Shown here piece after piece: positions 41,222 through 56,059 of a stretch of DNA of 64,000 bases. This DNA is from Octopus vulgaris. Its lineage: Eukaryota. The stretch is taken from positions 38,564,001 to 38,628,000 of the forward strand of contig OX597837.1 of the NCBI GenBank assembly GCA_951406725.2, given 5' to 3'. Both the position numbers and the translations under genes were made by a program. Each line of letters begins with the position of its first letter. The stretch's first letter is position 1. The notes below the pieces were generated by a model. It was not told the origin of the DNA. It made no database searches and was given only the letters and a program-made list of their open reading frames with translations.

Positions 41222-41305
41222 AGGGGAGATATCAGAGAAAGAGAGGGAGACGGAGTAGGAGAAGGAGAAGTAAAACGAGATTGGAAATACAACTGAGAGA
41301 GAAAG

Positions 41306-41341
<36 letters not shown>

Positions 41342-41671
41342 GGGTGCAAGGAGTGTTGGGAACAGGAGAGAGAAAGTATGAAGCGGGAGTTGGAGGGTCG
41401 GGTGTATGGAAACGGCAAGGAAAAGGCTGTAGAGGCGAACAGGGAGGGATAACGATGGTAGGAGTAGGAGTAGGAGGAGGAGGAGGAGATGGAAGCAGGA
41501 GTGGAGAGGGACGAGGAGAGAGTATGAAAGATGGGTAAAGAGTGAGAGTAAGAGTTAAAGAGATGAAGGGAGAGAAGAGAAAGTAGAGAGGAAGAATGGT
41601 GTATGTGAAAGTATGTCTCTACCGCTGTATCTGTATGTGGATGCATACGTGTGTGTGTGTGTGTATGTGTT

Positions 41672-41707
<36 letters not shown>

Positions 41708-41856
41708 CATGTATATATATATATATGTGTGTGTGTGTGTATACACATAGACCCGCACATATACTTATCTGGCGTGTATATCTCTGTATATTCCGTGTAT
41801 CAATGTAAGCATCTATCAGGCGATACGTCTATCTGTCTATCCATCTGTGTGAGTAC

Positions 41857-41918
<62 letters not shown>

Positions 41919-42054
41919 TGTGCGAGTGGGTATTTGTTATGTATAGTTATGTATTTGTAATATATATATATATATGTGTGTGTTTGTGTGTATATATATA
42001 TATATATGTGTGTGTTTGTGTGTATATATATATATATATGTGTGTGTTTGTGTG

Positions 42055-42107
<53 letters not shown>

Positions 42108-42186
42108 GTGTGTGTTTGTGTGTGTATATATATATATGTGTGTGTTTGTGTGTATATATATATATATATATGTGTGTGTTTGTGTG

Positions 42187-42232
<46 letters not shown>

Positions 42233-42361
42233 TGTGTGTATAGATAGGATAAAGTGAGAGACAGAGAGAGAGTGAGAAAGAATTACATAAACAGAAATAA
42301 ACACGTATATTAACGTATATGTATATACACACACGCACACACTCACACGCACACACACACA

Positions 42362-42404
<43 letters not shown>

Positions 42405-42462
42405 TGTTCGATTTGTACGTGTAGCTATTTAGATATATATCTTGTTAGATAATGCGATACAT

Positions 42463-42516
<54 letters not shown>

Positions 42517-42900
42517 TCATATATATATAATTTATGAATATACATGCATTTTTATACATGCATAAATACATAGATTCTATGCGTGTATGTGAGAGAGTTT
42601 ATATAACCGTATCTGTCCAGCCATCTGTATATCTATCTATCTACCTACCTATCTCTCTCTCTTTCTCTCTATCTATCTATCTATATATCTATCTATCTAT
42701 CCATCTACTTATCTGTCTCTCTCTCTCTATCCCTTCTTCTCTCTCTCTCTATCCCTCCTCTTTCTCTCTCTCTCTTTATATATATATCCCTCTCTCTCTC
42801 TCTATCTATCTATCTGTCTCTCTCTATCTATCTATCTATCTCTCTATCTCTATCTATCTCTCTATCTATCTGTCCCTCTCTCTCTATCCCCCTCTCTCTC

Positions 42901-42939
<39 letters not shown>

Positions 42940-42963
42940 GTCCTCTCTCTATCCCTCTCTCTC

Positions 42964-43005
<42 letters not shown>

Positions 43006-43075
43006 ACTATCTATCTATCTATCTGTCCTCTCTCTATCCCTCTCTCTCTCTCTCTCTCTCTATCCCCTCTCTCTT

Positions 43076-43159
<84 letters not shown>

Positions 43160-43484
43160 TATATATATATATATCTGTCCTCTATCTATCTACCTATCTA
43201 CCTATCTATATGTCCTCTTCATCGTTGTACCTCTCTCCACTTACCTCTGTACACAGCAAATCTCATAGATGTACCTGCCTGTCATTTACTCCCACTCCCG
43301 CTTCCGCTCTCACTCCGCCACCACTTACACTCACATTTTCCACTACTCACCCTCAACTCCACCCACACTCAACCACTCCATGGAAGTGACTCTCTCTCGT
43401 CTTTTCAATGGCTTTTCACTTACCTCCTTCCCCACTAACTTATCCCCCAACACCACCACCTCCACCACCACCACCACCACCACA

Positions 43485-43518
<34 letters not shown>

Positions 43519-43544
43519 ATACTACTCAGTAGAAACGTTCATAC

Positions 43545-43635
43545 GTATGTATGTATGTATGTATGTATGTATGTATGTATGTATGTATGTATGTATGTAT
43601 GTATGTATGCATGTATGTATGTATGTATGTATGTC

Positions 43636-43667
<32 letters not shown>

Positions 43668-44212
43668 TGTATGTATGTATGTATGTATGCATGTGTGTAT
43701 GTATATATGTATGTGTGCATGTGTGTTTGTATGTATGTATGTATGCATGTATGTATGTATGTATGTATGTATGTATGTATTTATGTATGTATGTATGTAT
43801 GTATGTATGTATGTATGCATGCATGTATGTATGTATGTATGTATGTGTGTATGTATGTATGTATGTATGCATGCATGTATGCATGCATGTATGTATGTAT
43901 GTATGTATGTATGTGTGTATGTATGTATGTATGTATGTATGTATGTATGTATGTATGTGTGTATGTATGTATGTATGTATGTATGTATGTATGTGTATGT
44001 ATGTATGTATGTATGTATGTATGTATGTATGTATGTATGCATGTATGTATGCATGTGTGTGTGTGTATGTATGTATGTATGTATGTATGTGTGTATGTAT
44101 GTATGTATGTATGTGTGTATGTATGTATGTATGTATGTATGCATGCATGTATGTATGTATGTACCTATGTATGTATGTATGTATGTATGTATGTATGTAT
44201 GTACGTATGTAT
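43545..44212. repeat. (TATG)n tetranucleotide array, about 670 bp
   Basis: Read directly. Confidence 0.95.
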
Positions 44213-44243
44213 GGGCGTGTGTGTATACACAAACGTACAGTTA

Positions 44244-44275
<32 letters not shown>

Positions 44276-44481
44276 AACGTATATGTGTGTGCGTGTGAAT
44301 ACCTACACATCATGTGTGAGTACACGCACATATCTATACGAATGTGTATGTGTGTGTATGTGTGTGTCTAAACATGTATGTATATATATATATATTTGTG
44401 TGTTTGTGTGTGTGTTTGTGTGTTTGTGTGTGTGTGTGTGTACGTAATATATATATAAAACCATGAACATATATATAGAGA

Positions 44482-44603
<122 letters not shown>

Positions 44604-44769
44604 TGTGTGTGCGTGTGTGTACCTATGTATATGTGAGTGTGTGCACAATGATATATACCCGCACAGGCACACACACACATACACACACACACACATTCTC
44701 ACACACATTCTCACACACATGCACACACACACACACACACACACATATTTCCACACACACTTACGCATG

Positions 44770-44808
<39 letters not shown>

Positions 44809-45283
44809 TCGTATACATGCACACACACACACACACACACACTTACACACACATGCACACACGGATAGAGAAAGGTATGACTTCTCCCCCCTACTCCCCC
44901 TCCCCCTTTACAATCCCCTGCCACTCTCCTCCCTTTCTCTCATTCTCCACATTCTTCCAGTCTCCCCGATTACGTACTCTCACCACCACCACCACCACCA
45001 CCACCCATCTCCTCCGCCCGCTTCTTTACAACAGCACTCAGCGCGCATGATCACATGCACGCACACACACGCTCTTGCACACACGCACACACACACATGC
45101 AGTCATGTATATACAGATGTGTGTGTGTGTATATACACAAACCAAAATATTACGCGATTTATGTCATATTTCAATGTATATTCGCGTCTATTCTCATCCA
45201 CACACCGTCAATATACGCATATATGTATGTATGTATATATATATATATATGTGTGTGTGTATATGTGTATATGTGTATGTATG

Positions 45284-45316
<33 letters not shown>

Positions 45317-45414
45317 CTTTGTGTGTGTATTTATGTATGATGTATGTATGTATATATAATTATATATACACATTTCTATAATATATATATATATATATGA
45401 TATATATATATAGA

Positions 45415-45461
<47 letters not shown>

Positions 45462-45533
45462 GCGCATGTATACACGTTTCTGTGTATACATATTTATGCA
45501 TGTATGTATACACGTTTCTGTATATGCATGTAA

Positions 45534-45568
45534 GTGGATTTGGTAGACGGAAACTGAAAGAAGCCCGT

Positions 45569-45608
<40 letters not shown>

Positions 45609-45830
45609 TGTGTGTGTTTGTGTGTCTGTGTTTCTCGCCCTAGCATTGCTTGACAACCGATGCTGGTGTGTTTATGTCCACGTTACTTAGCGGTTCGGCA
45701 ATAGAGACCGATAGAATAAATACTGGGCTTACAAATGAATAAGTCCCGCGGTCGAGTTGCTCGATTAAAAGGCGGTGCTCCAGCATGGCCGCAGTCAAAT
45801 GACCGAAACAAGTAAAAGAGTAAAAGAGTA
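45534..45830 (+). mobile_element. SINE family A, 5'-truncated, with internal microsatellite
   Basis: Collinear with 39712-40066. Confidence 0.9.
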
Positions 45831-45937
45831 CGCGTATATGTATGTATATTTAATGTGAACTCATACATTCAACAGACTTGATAACTCACTGAGGAGTCAT
45901 TGAAGAGTACATATCTTAACAGGAAAAGTATGACAGG

Positions 45938-46012
45938 GACTTCGAAGCGATGGTATGCCGTCATCAAACTATCTAATGTGATGACGGTGTGAAAACCGAA
46001 ACTTCGAAGTCA
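45938..46012. mobile_element. Small fold-back with a hammerhead-like core (family F)
   Basis: Plus strand GTGATGA-CGGT-GTGAAA-ACC-GAAACTTCGAAGTC; inverted partial copy GACTTCGAAG...CCGTCATCA just upstream; same stem III palindrome as 26600 and 27920. Confidence 0.65.
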
Positions 46013-46417
46013 GTGTTAATCTGTTCGATATATGTATGCATATTATATACATATAATATATATACATATATACACACATATATATATATATATACATATA
46101 TGTGTATGTGTGTGTGTGTGTGTTGTGTGTGTGTGTATATATACATATATATATATGTGTGTGTGTGTGTATGTATACATGTATGTTATTTCTTTGACTG
46201 CGCCCATCCTGGGGCACCACCCTGAAGGATTTAGTTGAATATATCGCACCTACTCGTTAATATTCTGGTATTTATCTCATTGGTCTCACTGCCGAACCGC
46301 TAAGTTAAGGGGTCGGTTGGTGTGCGACAACAACCCATATATATACATACATACATATATACAAATAGACATAAACACACACATATATGTATATATATAT
46401 ATATATTTATATAAATA

Positions 46418-46520
46418 GGAAAAAAGCAACAAGAATGGATTAAAATATCGGTACAATTGTTTCGTACGAGGACATCTTTAATAAGCTACAAAAAATTGAA
46501 TCTCAATTATTTAAACCGAA
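46418..46520 (-). mobile_element. (TA)n-embedded element (family H) with a hammerhead 3' half
   Basis: Minus strand GTAC-GAAAC-AATT-GTA (palindromic ACAATTGT); homologue at 55803-55870. Confidence 0.55.
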
Positions 46521-46555
46521 TATATATTTATATATATATACATGCACACAAACGA

Positions 46556-46589
<34 letters not shown>

Positions 46590-46801
46590 ACTCACACGTA
46601 CTCTGGTTCGTCTATAAATTTATTCTGAAAACAAGCAAATTTACACATGTCATACACTGACATATATTTCTGGACAAACTCTTGACATATACGCGCCCAC
46701 GTGTGCGCATGCGAGTAAATATATATGCATATGTATATAAGATATGTATACATATATATATATATATATATATAGTATATATGTATATATGTATATATAT
46801 A

Positions 46802-47000
<199 letters not shown>

Positions 47001-47082
47001 TTATATATATATACATACATATACATATATGTATATATATATGTGTGTGTGTGTGTGTATCTATATATATATATATATATGC

Positions 47083-47120
<38 letters not shown>

Positions 47121-47131
47121 ATATATAAGTG

Positions 47132-47162
<31 letters not shown>

Positions 47163-47748
47163 GGGTATAGGACGTCACCAACAGTGAACATAGACACGCA
47201 CATGTATGTGCGAGTATTTATATAGCGTTTTATGTTCACATTCGCACACACACACATACATGTACACACACACACACACACACACACAGTAGAAGATGCA
47301 AAGTATTTGCCTCTTCGTGCTCATTTGCTTCGCTAGACATAGCAGCTAAATCTCTGCAAAACTGAAATACATTTTCGAAAGTTTCCTTTTACTTACTCGA
47401 TTCTCACAAAAATGTTGGAATGTTCAGATTTGGAACATTTTGGGCTACAAGTAATGTCTGACCAGGGGTTAAACGCAAGTGCATGTATAAACACACACAC
47501 ACACACATATATACATACATATATATACATTTATATATAAATTTAAATATATATATATATATATATATACATATCTAAATGAATAAATACATATATATAT
47601 ATATATATATACATATATACACAAACACACACACACACATACATATTACATGTATATATACATACACTTACTGTTCATTCCAAATCAAAGTCATATATAC
47701 ACACTAATACCTCTATACGCATCTTAGCACATTTATATACACACATGA

Positions 47749-47793
<45 letters not shown>

Positions 47794-47964
47794 GGGGGTG
47801 TATACCAACATCCCTCTACACCCCTCTTAACCATGTGGATGGCAAGCAAGCTACCAATTGCGTATACACTAAAAACGGAACTATATACACGTCAATTTAT
47901 GTATATAACACAAAATTTATATACAGGAAGAAATCTATAAATAGATCAATAAAAATGTAGGTAT

Positions 47965-48135
<171 letters not shown>

Positions 48136-49005
48136 CTTGGTGAAATTAATGATTATTTCTAAATTAATTAACTTCACCCTTTATTATTATTATATATATA
48201 ATGATAAATAGGGTAAATGTTTTTTTAATTTACCTTTAATTTCTGAATTACTACTATTTAGCGGTTTGAGTCTTGGCTGCTCTTTCTAGTGGGTCGAATG
48301 GCCTCTCGGGGCCGTTCCTCAATGTTGTTAAAGGTATGTATATGTACATACCTTCACACATACAAATTTTTACATACTGTGAATGACATACCATCAAACC
48401 ATACTCACACACGCATACACGCACATACGAACACGCACACACTCACACTCATACATATGCCACTGCGTGATACCTTGAACACGTAAAAGGTAATTGATAG
48501 ATAGATATGTAGGTAGATAGGTAGGTAGTTAGTTAGGCAGGTAGGTAGGTAGGTAGATTAGGTATGTATGTAGATAGGTAGGTAGGTAGGTAGGTAGGTA
48601 GGTAGGTAGGTAGGTAGGTAGGTAGGTAGGTAGGTAGGTAAGTAGGTAGGTAGGTACATAGATATGAAAGTTTGTATTTATGCGTGTATGCATGTATGGA
48701 TGAATGTATATATGTATGTATATATATATATATGCATCCATGTATATATATATGTATATATACTGTATTTTTACATGCATGTACATATGCATGTATGTAT
48801 TACGTCTGTATGTATGCATGTATGTATGTATATATGTATGTATGCATGTATGCATTTATGTATGTATATGTGTATGCGTGTATGCATGCATGTATGTATA
48901 CATGTATGTATTTATGTATGTATGTAGGTATGTATGTATGTATGTATGTATGTATGCATGCATGTATGTATGCATGTTTGTGTGTATGTATGTTTTGTGT
49001 ACGCC

Positions 49006-49072
<67 letters not shown>

Positions 49073-49168
49073 GAGCGTTATACTAATACATCTGTTTGTT
49101 TTGTACACCACCTGTCTTCGTCTTTTGTTTTTTCGTAAACTTTCCCTATACATATATATATATATATA

Positions 49169-49222
<54 letters not shown>

Positions 49223-49565
49223 TATGTATGTATATGTATCGTAACAGTTTAGTGCCTGTGAGCGGACATGTACGACGGCCTGTACGTATGCTCTTCTTAC
49301 TTAGCCCCAAGTCAAACCTAATTGTGCAAGCGCATTAATAAAAATTGCTTTATGCGTGACCTTCCCGTCTATTTCATTACAGGAGTAACTGGATTGTCCG
49401 TTGAGATAATGATTTTTTTTTAAAAAAGCACACTGTAAAGTGCAATAAGAGGACGATTCGCTTTCTGCACATTCTTTTACGTATTTATACACACCGCAGA
49501 GTATATGCATACATATAAATAAATATATACACACACACACTTACATACAAGTTCATATACTCATC

Positions 49566-49932
49566 TACTTGTTTCAGTCATTTGACTGCGGCCATGCTGG
49601 AGCACCGCCTTTAGTCAAACAAATCGACCCGAGGACTTATTGTTTCTAAGCCTAGTACTCTTTTGCCGAAGTGCTAAGTTACGGGGGATGTAAACACACC
49701 AGCATCGGTTGCCAAGTGATGTTGGGGGGACAAACACCGACACACACATATATATATATATATATACATATATACTTAGGGCTTCTTTCAGTTTCCGTCT
49801 ACCAAATCCACTCACAAGGCTGTGGTCGGCCCGAGGTTATAGTAGAAGACACTTGCCCAAGGTGCCACGCAGTGGGACTGAACCCGGAACCATGTGGTTG
49901 GCAAGCAAGCTACTTACCACACAGCCACTCCT
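49566..49932 (-). mobile_element. SINE family A, near full length
   Basis: Reverse complement of 39590-40052. Confidence 0.92.
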
Positions 49933-49935
49933 ATA

Positions 49936-50110
49936 TTGGTAAGATAACAAAAGAAAGAAAGAGACCTCGATATTATGTAAATAGAGGAGTTTATCTGTGA
50001 AATAATATGTTTATTTTTCATAGCGTTTTTCCGATGGCCGGGTAACTCGGCATCCGAAACTCAGAGTTTTAACTTGGCTACCGAATAATTGTCACATATT
50101 ACATTTACAG

Positions 50111-50111
<1 letters not shown>
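49936..50111. mobile_element. Family J mini-element: inverted terminus plus hammerhead arm
   Basis: CCGATG-GCCGGG-TAA-CTCGGC-ATCC-GAAACTC-A-GAGTT at 50031-50068; homologous to the 53845 and 56460 elements. Confidence 0.8.
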
Positions 50112-50173
<62 letters not shown>

Positions 50174-50519
50174 TTGTTCCACCTCTTTGTGTTGTCTTTT
50201 CTGTTTTCTCGTTTGGATTAACCTTATATATATATCTTTATATGTTTATAATTATATAAATTGCTATGCATACCTATACATATACTTATGCATATATAAT
50301 GAAGGCACGTGGCTTAGTGGTTAGGGCATTCAGCTCACGATTGTAAGGTCGTGAGTTCAATTCCCGGAAAGAAGGAAAGAAAAAAAGAAAGAAAAAAAGA
50401 AAGAAAGAAGGGAAGAAGGAAAGAGAAAGAGCAAGATACGTTGGTATGTAGATAGATACAGAGGTAGAGAGATATGCCTATGGATGCATATACCCGTAAT
50501 ATATTCGTAATATATTATG

Positions 50520-50751
50520 TATTTCTTTACTACCCACAAGGGGTTAAACACAGAGGGGACAAACAAGGACAGACAAAGGGATTAAGTCGATTATATCAAC
50601 CCCCAATGCGTAACTGGTACTTAATTTATCGACCCCGAAAGGATGAAAGGCAAAGTCGACCTCGGCGGAACTTGAACTCACAACGTAGCGGCAGACAAAA
50701 TACGGCTACGCATTTCGCCCGGCGTGCTAACGTTTCTGCCAGCTCACCGCC
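50520..50751 (-). mobile_element. Nin-domain SINE, full length
   Basis: GGCGGTGAGCTGGCAGAAACGTTAGCACGCC head, B-box, Nin/Deu-like core, tail TTGTCCCCTCTGTGTTTAACCCCTTGTGGGTAGTAAAGAAATA. Confidence 0.9.
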
Positions 50752-50800
50752 TTTGTAATATATTATACATACATTTATATGTACGTAAAACATACATAAA

Positions 50801-50859
<59 letters not shown>

Positions 50860-51049
50860 GTGTGTGTGCCCTAAAATGTACGAAAACCATTTCTCTGCAG
50901 CTCTATACATACAACTCCCGTGTATATATATATATATATATACGAACAAAGACATCTTCCTGTCCATGTATATTGACTTGAATCAATGTATTTCTAGTTC
51001 TTCATCATTTCTTGACTATTATACACTCACTGGCACACGTGCATGCGCA

Positions 51050-51086
<37 letters not shown>

Positions 51087-51487
51087 AACATATACACATG
51101 TGTATATTTCTATGTACTTATATATGCAAATATTCATACATGTATGTATAGAAAATTTTTTTTTTTTTTTTTTTTTTTTTGGTAAATCCTCAGTTTTCAA
51201 GGTTAAGATTCCTTGTCTTCTGCGAATTTACAAGAATTTCAGATGAGTTTCTTTTTCGGTTTTTCGATTAATGTCTTTTCATTTCTTCACAAGTTCAAAA
51301 TTCATAGCCGTCTTTCTATACATAAAACATTTACATAGATACATACGTACATATATATATATATATATACGATATGTACGTATGTATGTAAGTATGTATG
51401 TATGTATGTATGTATGTATGTATGTATGTATGTATGTATGTATGTGCGTGTGTATGTATGTATGTATGTATGTATGTATGTATGTAG

Positions 51488-51529
<42 letters not shown>

Positions 51530-51694
51530 ATATATATATATATAGAGAGAGAGATAGAGAGATAGATAGATAGATAGATAGATACAGACATACATACATA
51601 CATACATACATACATACATACATACATACATTTATATATATATATTCATGCAAGTATATGTGTGCACACGTGTGTGTGTATGTATAGTGTATGT

Positions 51695-51739
<45 letters not shown>

Positions 51740-52022
51740 TATGTATGTCTGCATACATACATATGTATATATATATATGCATATGTACATGAAATCATAC
51801 ATGTGTGTATACATGACAGTATGCATATGTATATATATATATATATATATACATGTAGATACATTCATTCAAATATACACATATATATATGTGTATGTGT
51901 GAATTTGGCGGAATAATATATATATAAATCCCCCTACATACACACACACTTGCATATACAGATAGATATATCTAAGTGTGTGTGCGCGCGAATTTATGTA
52001 TATAGATATACAGATAGATAGC

Positions 52023-52260
52023 GAAGGCGCGTGGCTTTGTGGTTAGGGCATTCGGCTCACAATCGTAAGTTCGTGAGTTCAATTCCCGGCGACGCGTTGT
52101 GTCCTTGAGCAAGACACTTTATTTCACATTGCTCCAGTCCACTCAGCTGGCAATATTGAGTAATACCTATGTCACGCTGAGTTTCGTTAACTTCACGAGT
52201 AAGCTGTTCGTTGATGGTATCACCTGGGACCCTTGCCGTCGTAACTGACGTAGTGCCCCT

Positions 52261-52294
<34 letters not shown>

Positions 52295-52650
52295 AATGCT
52301 GTAAGCGCTAATATATACATTTATTATGTATAAATATTACATGGTGTATTGTGGCACTCCGTCAGTTACGACGAAGGTTCCAGTTGATCAGATCAATGGA
52401 GCAGCCTGTGTCCCCTTAACGTAGTTAAGACACGTGTACCCCTTAACGTAGTTCTCGAGAAGATTCAGCGTGACACAGAGTGTGACAAAGCTGGATCTTT
52501 GAAATACAGGTACAACAGAAGCAGAATGAAAGAGTACAGCAGGGTTCGCCACAACCCCCTGCCGGAGCCCCGTGAAGTTTTAGGTGTTTTCACTCAATTA
52601 ACACTGACAACGCCCGGTCTGGGAATCGAAACTGCGCCATTGTGCCTCCA
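52023..52650. mobile_element. Two SINEs tail-to-tail: CORE-like (+, 52023-52258) and family-B head (-, 52351-52650) sharing one tail
   Basis: CCTT...GTCGTAACTGACG.AGTGCC (52231-52257) is the inverse of GGCACTCCGTCAGTTACGACGAAGG (52353-52377). Confidence 0.8.
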
Positions 52651-52716
52651 TACATGATATATGTATGTGTGCGTGTGTGTGTTTGTGTGTGTGGGGGGGG
52701 GACATGTGTGTGTATA

Positions 52717-52761
<45 letters not shown>

Positions 52762-52762
<1 letters not shown>

Positions 52763-53118
52763 ACTTATAAACAAGGGCAAAAGAAAATTTTTTTCTATGC
52801 CAATATGCTGATAACAGACTTTAAATCGACAATTTCCACATTTCATTATACATTCACTATAAATACACGCTGTACTGAAATCGAGGGAAGCTAGCCAACA
52901 GATTTTGTTTGTTTTTTAAAGTTCGTTATTTCTATATTGAATCAATTTTGGGATGAATCCTATGCATTCTTCCCTCTTCGGTAGAATCGAATTCCTCGAT
53001 TTCAGCACAACGCATATTTATAGTGAATCTATAATGAACTGTGGAAATTGACGATTTAAAGTCTGTTGTCAGCATATTGGCATAGAAATAATTTTTCTTT
53101 TGCCCTTGTGTATACGTT
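52762..53118. repeat. Inverted repeat with about 125-bp arms and about 105-bp spacer, next to (TA)n
   Basis: 52762-52886 pairs with 52994-53118 (ACAAGGGCAAAAGAAAATT...GAAATCGAGG / CCTCGATTTC...TTTTGCCCTTGT). Confidence 0.9.
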
Positions 53119-53203
53119 CTTTATAATTTTAACCTTTAAAGGTATTTTAATATGCTACCACTTTTGATGAAATATTTTCTGAAAAAACTTTTATCCTGTA
53201 TTA

Positions 53204-53245
<42 letters not shown>

Positions 53246-53262
53246 GCATGCATGTGTATATA

Positions 53263-53504
53263 TATTGGGTTGGTGCATAATTACTGCGGCTCTTTTTCAA
53301 CAAATTTTATTCAACAAAAACAATAACTGCATGTAACTAACACATCTTTAAATGATTATTCCGGGGCATATTCACCATCTACTTCAATTACAGCTTCCCA
53401 TTTTCTTGGCAGACAGTCAGACCATCATTTAAAGAGGTTTTCCTTAAATATCTTTATTGTTTTTGTTGAATAAAATTTGTTGAAAAAAGTGTCAAAAATT
53501 ATGC

Positions 53505-53511
<7 letters not shown>
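53263..53511 (-). mobile_element. Mariner-derived MITE
   Basis: TIR TATTGGGTTGGTGCATAATTA.TGCGG; internal transposase C-terminus remnant; TA flanks. Confidence 0.88.
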
Positions 53512-53577
<66 letters not shown>

Positions 53578-53602
53578 AATATATATATACATATATATAT
53601 AT

Positions 53603-53655
<53 letters not shown>

Positions 53656-53814
53656 TGGTGAGTGGATGCATGTATGATTGTGACCGAATTCTATTAAGTA
53701 CGTTTAAGCTGCTGTTTTGTGTATTAATAACGGAAGTACGCTTGCAAATGTGTGTGATTGTATATATCGCCATGATAGTTCGTTAGCCACTACACACATT
53801 TTTTTCTGTTTCTT

Positions 53815-53844
<30 letters not shown>

Positions 53845-53845
<1 letters not shown>

Positions 53846-54087
53846 TGGTAAAAACGGTAAGATAACAAAAGAAAGAAAGAGACCTCAATATTATGTAAAT
53901 AGAGGAAATTTATCTCTAAAATAATAATTATTATTTTAGACAATTATTGTGACAATTGTTCGGTAGCCAAGATAAAACTCTGAGATGGCCAGATAACCGA
54001 AGAGATGGTGTTGTGGATTTCTACCTCGGCATCCGAAACTCGGAGTTTTATCTTGGCTACCGAATAATTGTCACATATTATATTTAC

Positions 54088-54090
<3 letters not shown>
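53845..54090. mobile_element. Family J fold-back mini-element
   Basis: Inverted arms 53948-53984 and 54039-54075; (TA)n on both sides. Confidence 0.85.
53991..54053 (+). ncRNA. Type I hammerhead ribozyme motif (U4C variant)
   Basis: Stem I AGATAA/TTATCT, core CCGAAGA, stem II GATG...CATC(C), GAAA, stem III ACTC-G-GAGT, triplet GTT. Confidence 0.7.
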
Positions 54091-54124
<34 letters not shown>

Positions 54125-54440
54125 GAGAGAGAGAGGGAGAGAGAGGAGAGTCATACATATATACATATGCTAATATATGTAATATAATGGGAGGGTGTAT
54201 AGATAGAAAAATAGATAGATAGATAGATTGACTGATTAATTGATTTATTGATTGATTCATTCATTTATCGATTGATTGGTGTATATGTACGATATCTGCG
54301 AGGTCACGTGTGCGAGTACGAAGCTAGAAACTACACATGCATTAGCGCCTGTTACGTAGTGAACAACGTAGATACGTGTTATTATAAGTACATTCTCGCG
54401 TTGGAATCACAGATCGAAAGACATTTGTGCAGCGTGTCTG

Positions 54441-54507
<67 letters not shown>

Positions 54508-54537
54508 TATATACACACACACATACATACATATATA

Positions 54538-54791
54538 TATTGGATTTGTGCATAATTATTGCGACTTTCTTCAACAAATTTTATTCAACAAAAACAATAA
54601 AGATATTTAACGAAAACATCTTTAAATGATGGTCTGACTGTCTGCCAAGCAAATGGGAAGCAGTAATTGAAGTAGATGGTGAATATGCTCCGGAATAATC
54701 ATTTAAAGATGTTTTTGTTACATGTTGTTATTGTTTTTGCTGAATAAAATTTGTTGAAAAAGAGCCGCAATAATTATGCACCAACCCAATA
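54538..54791 (+). mobile_element. Mariner-derived MITE (inverse copy of 53263-53511)
   Basis: LPSKWEAVIEVDGEYAPE* remnant; TIR ...GCCGCAATAATTATGCACCAACCCAATA. Confidence 0.9.
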
Positions 54792-54920
54792 TATATACAC
54801 ATACATGCAGTTATATATATATATATATATACTAATACAGGATAAAAATTTTTTCAGAAAAAATTTCATCAAAAATGGTAGCATATTAAAATACCTTTAA
54901 AGGTTAAACAACTTATACAC

Positions 54921-55051
54921 GGCAACGTGAAACTCAGAATACCAGGTTTTGTTGAATTTTCTGCTGCTTTAAATAAATCATATTACTCTACCACTGGTAT
55001 TTGAGTACTCTTTTTTCCACCTTGTTTCACATTTATGTGTTTACTCCGGTA
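54921..55051 (+). mobile_element. Family D mini-element (single arm, hammerhead 3' remnant GAAACTCAGAATA)
   Basis: Reverse complement of 13939-14065. Confidence 0.8.
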
Positions 55052-55060
55052 TACACACAC

Positions 55061-55155
<95 letters not shown>

Positions 55156-55477
55156 CGTTTATGGATTTGGTTTGCAAGATCCGAGGGTTAGCACGTACAA
55201 AAGAGGCAAAAGATGGCAATCCAAAAGGTGGAGCGCGCTATGCAGAAACCCAGTCGTTCTCAACTATTCTTTTTTTTACTTGTGGTTCCTTTTGATCCCT
55301 ATTTTACTCGGGTGGACCCACATACCCATTCAATCTCTAATAAATCTTCATATTTTATAATGAAATATTATTAACAATTGTATACAAGATAGTTTCTTTG
55401 TTGGAGAAGTATAACCAATTCATTGCACAAATTTTTTTACAGACCCCTAGGGTCACCGGACCATAGTTGTAGTCCTT

Positions 55478-55628
55478 AATTCTAACTGCCGAGTAGATGC
55501 GGCCGTACATAGCAGCGATCCAGCCTCTGAAAACGTTCCCGAACCCAACCTCTTTCTTGATGACGTTCGTTAAACGAAAGCTGACTCTGTCGAAGGAAAT
55601 CGACTGATCCAAATTGATCAGGGCCTGA
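55478..55628 (-). pseudogene. Tx1/L1-clade reverse transcriptase fragment
   Basis: ALINLDQSISFDRVS...VGFGNVFRGWIAAMYGRIYSAVRI corresponds to the LD..KAFDRV RT motif and the following helix. Confidence 0.8.
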
Positions 55629-55772
55629 CTGGAAAAAAACCAAACCTGTACCTTCGTTGCTGATGTATCATGAAAAATAGAGGGTCTCGTAACTGAACTT
55701 TTTCGGGTCATACACATTGCTCTTCCTCAACCAAACCACCGACGACAAATGCATCGGCACTGCCATATTAGC

Positions 55773-55803
<31 letters not shown>

Positions 55804-55980
55804 AGAAAAAAGCAACAAGAATGGATTAGTTGTTCAGTATAATTGTTTCATACGAAGAACAGCTTTATAATCACCCCACATTATTTTATGGTTAATACCA
55901 TATAGATTTCTGGTGCATCTAAGTTAAGTACCGCATTTATGTGAATTCATTGGAACTCACTTGAATCTTAATTGCTTTTA

Positions 55981-56017
<37 letters not shown>

Positions 56018-56059
56018 CTAAGTTGAACTGTCTAAAGTCGTAAGACACCTGCTGTTTTT

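Noticed and set aside
55860-55980. Possible Penelope GIY-YIG C-terminus (TRNLYGIN, minus strand) upstream of the family H motif
   Set aside because: Too short and degenerate to call without tBLASTn
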